From Patescibacteria group bacterium (lineage in GTDB: Bacteria > Patescibacteriota > Microgenomatia > UBA8517): a stretch of 50,115 bases of DNA. Both the position numbers and the translations under genes were made by a program. The notes below the pieces were generated by a model, which worked only from the letters and a program-made list of their open reading frames with translations, was not told where the DNA came from and searched no databases. Where the stretch lies: contig JBBTZT010000003.1 in assembly GCA_038061225.1 (NCBI GenBank), positions 60,977 through 111,091 of the forward strand, read 5' to 3'. Of the stretch, positions 44,633 to 50,115 are shown in pieces. Within the stretch, counting starts at the first letter, position 1; each line of letters begins with the position of its first letter.

Positions 44633-45550
44633 ATGAGTATACATACAAAAACCGCGATCGAAGCTATAAAAAGATCTCCCTTTCAAGCTGTTTCTGCCAT
44701 TTTTGTTTTAGCCTTAACTTTTTTTGTAGCTACAACTGTTTCAATCTTGGTCTACTCTTCAAGTAAAGCACTATCATATTTTGAGACAAGACCACAAATA
44801 ATTTCCTTTTTAAAAAATGAAACGGGTAGTGATGCAATTACTGCTCTTCAAAACAAACTCGCACTCGATGTTCGTGTAAAAGATGTTAAGTATGTTCCTA
44901 AAGAAGAGGCTTTGGAAATTTATAAAAAAGCAACAGAGGATAATCCACTTCTGGCAGAACTTGTTAGTCCTTCAATTTTTCCTGCATCACTAGAGTTTTC
45001 AGTTACAGATTTAAAATTAGCAGAAGAAGTAATTAATGAAGTTAAAAATGAAGCAATTGTTGAACAAGTTGGTTTTACTGCAAATATTGGAGGAGAAAAA
45101 TCATTGGGGGATGTTGTAGGTAGACTTAAAACTATTAGTTATTATTTAAGAGTTGGAGGAATAGTTTTTGTGGGAGCACTGGCTATCACATCATTTTTAG
45201 TACTACTTGTAATTATTAGTATGAGAATGACTTCAAGAAAAGGAGAGATTGAAATATTAAGTTTAATAGGAGCAACACCGGCTTTTATTAGAAGCCCTAT
45301 TGTTTTAGAAGGTGTCTTTTATTCTTTGATTGGGGTTATTTCAGGTTGGACATTGTCATTTATCTTTTGGCTTTATGTTTCACCAAGTTTACTTTCTTAT
45401 TTTGGCTCAATCCCTGTTCTTCCAAAAGAACCGCTATCTTTTTTCCTTCTTTTTGCTGCAATTTTGGGAACAGAGATTGTTATTGGCTTTGCAATAGCGA
45501 TTACAGGAAGCTTGATTGCTGTTAAGAGATCTCTCAAAAAAGCAAGATGA
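44633..45550 (+). CDS. ftsX: Cell division protein FtsX
   Basis: 4-TM layout with large loop, YVPKEEALE, RKGEIEILSLIGAT-x-x-FIRSP-x-x-LEG. Confidence 0.93.
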   Translation: MSIHTKTAIEAIKRSPFQAVSAIFVLALTFFVATTVSILVYSSSKALSYFETRPQIISFLKNETGSDAITALQNKLALDVRVKDVKYVPKEEALEIYKKATEDNPLLAELVSPSIFPASLEFSVTDLKLAEEVINEVKNEAIVEQVGFTANIGGEKSLGDVVGRLKTISYYLRVGGIVFVGALAITSFLVLLVIISMRMTSRKGEIEILSLIGATPAFIRSPIVLEGVFYSLIGVISGWTLSFIFWLYVSPSLLSYFGSIPVLPKEPLSFFLLFAAILGTEIVIGFAIAITGSLIAVKRSLKKAR

Positions 45551-45556
45551 AATGCT

Positions 45557-46675
45557 ATGAAATATGGAAAAATACTTTTTAGTTTTATCTTCTCAATAAC
45601 ATTTTTTTTAAGTGTTGCTAGATTTGCAAATTCTCAAACATGCAGTAATGAATCGGATTGTAATAAGTTAATTGATGAATACACTAATCAAGTATTAAAA
45701 CTTCAAGGTCAGGGAAATACACTTAAAAGTCAAATCTTACAATTTGATGCTCAAATAAAATTAACAAGTTTAAAAATTGCCCAAACTGAAGAACAAATTA
45801 GTTTACTTTCGGGAAGAATAGATCAAATAGAGGGATCTCTTGGGTCATTAACATCAGCATTTTCTGAAAGAGCTGTTGAAACATATAAAATGGCAAGAAT
45901 TAAGGACCCTCTTCTTCTTTTAATATCGTCAGATAATTTAAGTGAAGCATTTAACAGGTTTTCATACTTAAAAAAAATACAAGAAGGAGATAGAGATTTA
46001 CTTAATAGATTACAAACTGCTAAAGATACATACAATGAACAAAAGTTAGATCAAGAAGATTTACAAAAACAATTAGAAACACAACAAAAACAACTTAATA
46101 CTCAAAAACTAGCCAAGAAAACACTTCTTGATCAAACAAAAAGTGACGAGAAAAAATATCAAGCACTTTTAGCAGAAGCTTTAGCTGAAAAGTCTGCAAT
46201 TGAAAGAGCACTTGTTTCAGGAACAAAAGTAGGTCCTGTTAAAGCAGGCGACCCAATAGCTTTAGTTGGAAATTCTGGTTATCCTGGTTGTTCAACTGGA
46301 AAACATCTTCATTTTGAAATTAGAAAAAATAATATTTGGGTTGATCCTTCTTCTTATTTACAAAATAAATCTGTAAACGATGAAGAAAAAGGAGGAACTG
46401 CAAACATTGGTTCAGGATCTTGGCAATGGCCACTTTCTGACACAATTAGATTGACACAACATTATGGTCATACACCTTGGTCATGGAAATATTCATATTC
46501 AGGTGGAATTCATACAGGTCTTGATATGGTATCAACATCATCTGATGTAATTAGAGCTCCAGCAGATGGAAACTTATTTAAATCATCTCAAAGTTGTGGT
46601 GGAAGTAGTACTATTAACATAGTTTATATCGAGCATAATGATGGAGTTATAAGTCTTTACTTACATGTCCAGTAA
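45557..46675 (+). CDS. Coiled-coil murein hydrolase with circularly permuted M23 peptidase domain
   Basis: Signal peptide, PcsB/EnvC-type coiled coil, then STGKHLHFE placed before HTGLD and YLH. Confidence 0.85.
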   Translation: MKYGKILFSFIFSITFFLSVARFANSQTCSNESDCNKLIDEYTNQVLKLQGQGNTLKSQILQFDAQIKLTSLKIAQTEEQISLLSGRIDQIEGSLGSLTSAFSERAVETYKMARIKDPLLLLISSDNLSEAFNRFSYLKKIQEGDRDLLNRLQTAKDTYNEQKLDQEDLQKQLETQQKQLNTQKLAKKTLLDQTKSDEKKYQALLAEALAEKSAIERALVSGTKVGPVKAGDPIALVGNSGYPGCSTGKHLHFEIRKNNIWVDPSSYLQNKSVNDEEKGGTANIGSGSWQWPLSDTIRLTQHYGHTPWSWKYSYSGGIHTGLDMVSTSSDVIRAPADGNLFKSSQSCGGSSTINIVYIEHNDGVISLYLHVQ

Positions 46676-47465
46676 AATAAAACATACTTTATACTTAACC
46701 CCATTTTTATTTTTTTTAATTTTTCCTAATATCTCTTTTGCCCAAGTTTATATAAATGAATTCCTGCCTGATTCAACCACAGAATGGATAGAATTATATA
46801 ATGCAAGTTCTTCTGCTGATTACTTGAAAGATTATTATATCGATGACGATCTTGATTTCTCAAGTGATTCTGGTTCTAGCGCGAAAAAAATATTAACAAA
46901 CTTAAACACATCAAATCCAAATTTTCCATATTTTGAAACCACTTCGTTTTTAAATAATTCTGGCGACTATGTTGTTTTATTTGATTCAACTGGCGGAATT
47001 ATTGATCAATATCAATATAATTCAAATCCTGGTCAGAATATGACAATTGGTAGATATCCAGACGGAACTGCCTCCTTTTATTTTCTCTCATATTCAACTA
47101 AAGCTGATTCTAATCCAGCCCCTCCAACACCATCTCCGACTCCAACAAATGCTCCAACTGCAAGTCTAACACTAACAAGTACGCCATCTCCAACATCAAC
47201 CCTAAAACCAACTCCTACAAAATCAGCAACTTCAAAACCTTCTCCAAGTCCTAGTCCAATAGAGAAGCCAATAAATTTAATTAGTGATATAAAGATTACT
47301 GAAGAAACACCTACTGGAATAGTAGCAGGTGCATCTGTTGAGAAAAAATTTCCAACAATTGCTTTAATCCTCATAATTTTTGGAATTGCCTTTCTAGGCT
47401 ATGGTGGGTTTTTACTATATAATACAAAACATGATGCCCAAAATAGTTCTAACCAAATTAGTTAA
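46665..47465 (+). CDS. Lamin-tail-domain surface protein with P/T/S linker and C-terminal TM
   Basis: VYINEFLP, EWIELYN, LNNSGD-x-V-x-L, IGRYPDG. Confidence 0.85.
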   Translation: MSSKIKHTLYLTPFLFFLIFPNISFAQVYINEFLPDSTTEWIELYNASSSADYLKDYYIDDDLDFSSDSGSSAKKILTNLNTSNPNFPYFETTSFLNNSGDYVVLFDSTGGIIDQYQYNSNPGQNMTIGRYPDGTASFYFLSYSTKADSNPAPPTPSPTPTNAPTASLTLTSTPSPTSTLKPTPTKSATSKPSPSPSPIEKPINLISDIKITEETPTGIVAGASVEKKFPTIALILIIFGIAFLGYGGFLLYNTKHDAQNSSNQIS

Positions 47466-47859
47466 ATTTTGGATTCCTCCAATACTTTGGGCATTAATAA
47501 TATTTTCTTTTTCATCTTTTACTGTTGGTTATGCAACTGAAATTTACTGGAAAGATTTCTTGGTTAAAAAAATAGCTCATATTTTTGAATACGGAATTTT
47601 TGCCACACTTTTGTACAGAGCCATGATTAATTCTGGAATTAAAAATAAAAAAGCAATGTGGTATGCAGTGATTATTGCTGGTTTGTATGGTATTACTGAT
47701 GAGTTTCATCAATCATTTACCCCAGGACGTGAATCTACTTTAAGAGATGTTCTAATAGATACTTTAGGTGCATCAATTTTTATCTTTGCTATAATAGGAA
47801 ATATCAAAAAAATGCCCAAAATTTTGCGAAATATATATATTAAATATCAAATAATATGA
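47431..47859 (+). CDS. VanZ family membrane protein
   Basis: K-x-AH-x-x-EY, YGITDEFHQSFTPGR, DVLID-x-x-G; TATAAT at 47418-47423. Confidence 0.9.
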   Translation: MMPKIVLTKLVKFWIPPILWALIIFSFSSFTVGYATEIYWKDFLVKKIAHIFEYGIFATLLYRAMINSGIKNKKAMWYAVIIAGLYGITDEFHQSFTPGRESTLRDVLIDTLGASIFIFAIIGNIKKMPKILRNIYIKYQII

Positions 47860-48845
47860 AAATATTAGTTACAGGTGGGGCAGGGTATATTGGTTCTTTC
47901 ATGATCCGAAAGCTGAAAGCTGAGGGTCATATGATAGTTGTCGTAGACAACTTGTCATATGGTCACATAGAAGCAGTAAAAGGATTTGATTTACGAAAAA
48001 TTGATTTAGTAACTGAAAAAGAAAAAGTATTTACTCTTTTTCAAAATGAAAAATTTGACGCTATTGTTCATATGGCTAGTTTTATTCAAATGGGCGAATC
48101 ATTTACAAATCCTTCTAAATACTATCGTAACAATGTTCTTGGTTTTTTAAATTTGATTGATGCCATGGTTAAAAATAATTGTATGAAGATAATTCTTTCT
48201 TCTTCGGCTGGTGTATACGGTAATCCAATAAAACTTCCAATTGAAGAAGATGATCCTAAAAATCCACTTAATCCATACGGTGAAACTAAATATATAATGG
48301 AAAGAATATTAGAAGATTACGATAGTGCTTATGGACTTAAATTTATATCATTAAGATATTTTAATGCAGCAGGGGGAGCAATAGATGGTTCAATTGGAGA
48401 AGATCATCCTGAAGAAAGTCATTTGATTCCAAATATTATCGCTAAAGCACTTAAAAATGAGGAAGTTCAAATATTTGGTGAGGATTATGATACAGCTGAT
48501 GGGACTTGTATCAGAGATTATGTTCATGTTTTAGATTTAGTTGACGCACATGCACTTGCCTTAAATTTTTTAGAAAAAGAAAATAAAAGTGAGGTGTTTA
48601 ACGTAGGTATTGGAAAAGGGTATTCAAATAAAGAAGTGGTAGAAGAAGTAGAAAAGGTTAGTAATTTAAAAATAAATGTTAAATATGAACCAAGAAGGAA
48701 AGGCGATGCAGATTCATTGTATGCATCAAACACCAAAATTAAGGATAGATTAAAATGGAATCCTATATATCAACTTACTGATATAGTAAATTCAGCTCTT
48801 CTTTGGCACAAGAATCATCCCAACGGGTATGATAATATTGATTAA
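47856..48845 (+). CDS. galE: UDP-glucose 4-epimerase
   Basis: GGAGYIGS, YGETK (YxxxK), LRYFNAAG, DGTCIRDYVHV. Confidence 0.96.
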   Translation: MKILVTGGAGYIGSFMIRKLKAEGHMIVVVDNLSYGHIEAVKGFDLRKIDLVTEKEKVFTLFQNEKFDAIVHMASFIQMGESFTNPSKYYRNNVLGFLNLIDAMVKNNCMKIILSSSAGVYGNPIKLPIEEDDPKNPLNPYGETKYIMERILEDYDSAYGLKFISLRYFNAAGGAIDGSIGEDHPEESHLIPNIIAKALKNEEVQIFGEDYDTADGTCIRDYVHVLDLVDAHALALNFLEKENKSEVFNVGIGKGYSNKEVVEEVEKVSNLKINVKYEPRRKGDADSLYASNTKIKDRLKWNPIYQLTDIVNSALLWHKNHPNGYDNID

Positions 48846-49738
48846 TGGAGAAATTAATTCACTTTTTATTACCTAGAGAGAGTAATAATCACAAAGCCAA
48901 GATTTTACATTCATCAAGTTTACTTGTATTAGCTTCTTTTTTAGTGTTATCCCAAATTGTCTTAAATCTTTTGCCAAAATTAAACCCATCTATCTTAGGA
49001 TATGCTTCAAATATCTCACCAAGTGAAGTTGTAAGACTTACAAATGAAAAAAGAGCTGCTGCAGGGTTATCTGCTTTATCACTCAATCAAGAACTATCTG
49101 CTGCAGCTTACACCAAAGGCCAAGATATGATTGCTAAAGATTATTGGGCACATATTGCTCCTGATGGTACAGAACCTTGGAAATTTTTTAAAGACTTTGG
49201 CTATAAATATAGATATGCAGGAGAAAATTTAGCCCGAGATTTTAGTAATGCAAACGATGCAGTAAATGCTTGGATGAATTCACCAGCACACAGAGAAAAT
49301 ATGTTAAATCCAAAATATAAAGAAATTGGAATTGGTGTAGTTGAAGGTGATCTTGCGGGAGTGGATACCACCATAGTAGTTCAATTCTTTGGAGCAATGT
49401 ATACTGACAAAATAGTACAACCAATTGCGCAAGCTGCAAAAACAGAAAAAACTGTTGTACTGACAGTTGCCCCAACAATAATACCAACAGCTATTCCAAT
49501 ATCAATACAAACCATTGAACCACAAGTTCGGTCGCAAATACTTATATCGCCATTCACTACAACACGCACACTATCTCTAATCGTGGTAGCCATACTCCTT
49601 TTGGTCTTTATAGTAGATGCAGTTTTAGTATCTAAAAGAAGAATTACTAGAGTCGCAGGTAGAACATTTGCCCATGTTGTTTTTTTGGGAATGATATTAT
49701 CGATTATTTTAATATTAAAGGTGGGTAACATTTTATAA
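48845..49738 (+). CDS. CAP/SCP domain membrane protein
   Basis: LTNEKR, DM-x-x-x-DYWAH, AGENLA, WMNSPAHRENML, EIGIG; TMs at both ends. Confidence 0.9.
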   Translation: MEKLIHFLLPRESNNHKAKILHSSSLLVLASFLVLSQIVLNLLPKLNPSILGYASNISPSEVVRLTNEKRAAAGLSALSLNQELSAAAYTKGQDMIAKDYWAHIAPDGTEPWKFFKDFGYKYRYAGENLARDFSNANDAVNAWMNSPAHRENMLNPKYKEIGIGVVEGDLAGVDTTIVVQFFGAMYTDKIVQPIAQAAKTEKTVVLTVAPTIIPTAIPISIQTIEPQVRSQILISPFTTTRTLSLIVVAILLLVFIVDAVLVSKRRITRVAGRTFAHVVFLGMILSIILILKVGNIL

Positions 49739-49739
49739 T

Positions 49740-50000
49740 ATGCAAAATTTTATTAAACATATGCCTCATTATATAAGTTTGATATTTATATTTATTGCTG
49801 GAATTATTGGATTTTATGTATTTTCCTATGATACAAACTTTCAAATTGGAGTTGTTTTTGCTTTAGCTTCAGCCTATGTTTCTTGGGGAATTATCCATCA
49901 CACAATTCATAAAGATATTTGTTTATCTGTTGTGATAGAATATGTTACTGTTGCTATCTTAGGTATAGTAATAACTTTAAGTCTAATATATAGAATATGA
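49740..50000 (+). CDS. Small membrane protein (3 TM)
   Basis: 86 aa, Y-x-x-WGIIHH-x-x-H-x-D...EY motif. Confidence 0.75.
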   Translation: MQNFIKHMPHYISLIFIFIAGIIGFYVFSYDTNFQIGVVFALASAYVSWGIIHHTIHKDICLSVVIEYVTVAILGIVITLSLIYRI

Positions 50001-50115
50001 TTAAAAAGATAACTAAAGCAGTAATTCCGGCCGCGGGCTTTGGAACAAGATTTCTTCCACAAACTAAAGCAATGCCTAAAGAAATGCTCCCAATTGTTGA
50101 TAAACCTATTATTCA
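49997..50115 (+). CDS. galU: UTP-glucose-1-phosphate uridylyltransferase, 5' fragment
   Basis: [39 protein letters not shown]; runs off the window end. Confidence 0.93.
   Translation, partial: MIKKITKAVIPAAGFGTRFLPQTKAMPKEMLPIVDKPII

Noticed and set aside
1-50115. Stop-codon reassignment, inteins, introns, prophage; many short antisense ORFs
   Set aside because: TGA terminates several clear genes and RF2 is present; conserved proteins have normal or reduced lengths; no phage genes; the antisense ORFs are shadows of real genes.

Overview
Very AT-rich, gene-dense housekeeping region of a small-genome bacterium. Genetic code 11 applies (TGA is used as stop, RF2 is present). Gene content and style suggest a Patescibacteria/CPR organism, probably Microgenomates (inference). 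The window runs from the 3' end of recA to the 5' end of galU. It holds recX, rny, HU, miaA, RNase P RNA, dtd, nth, secDF, cca, recJ, aspS, gltX, a DEAD-box helicase, dus, tRNA-Gln(CTG), lon, tRNA-Glu(CTC), greA, lysS, serS, rarA, secA, prfB, ftsEX, galE and two type II toxin-antitoxin modules. I found no prophage, transposase or CRISPR array. The main unexplained structures are: (1) two unannotated leader-peptide attenuators with the same architecture, one before greA and one before a 65-aa Cys-rich orphan gene; (2) a circularly permuted M23 peptidase with all metal ligands present, in the ftsEX operon; (3) a REP-like palindrome family and 7-nt tandem repeats sitting in frame inside core genes; (4) frequent leaderless and bidirectional promoters; (5) several reduced enzymes (Nth without Fe-S cysteines, RNase Y without its anchor, a degenerate ABC ATPase, a cupredoxin without Cys). 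All assignments come from reading motifs by eye; no searches or folding programs were run.
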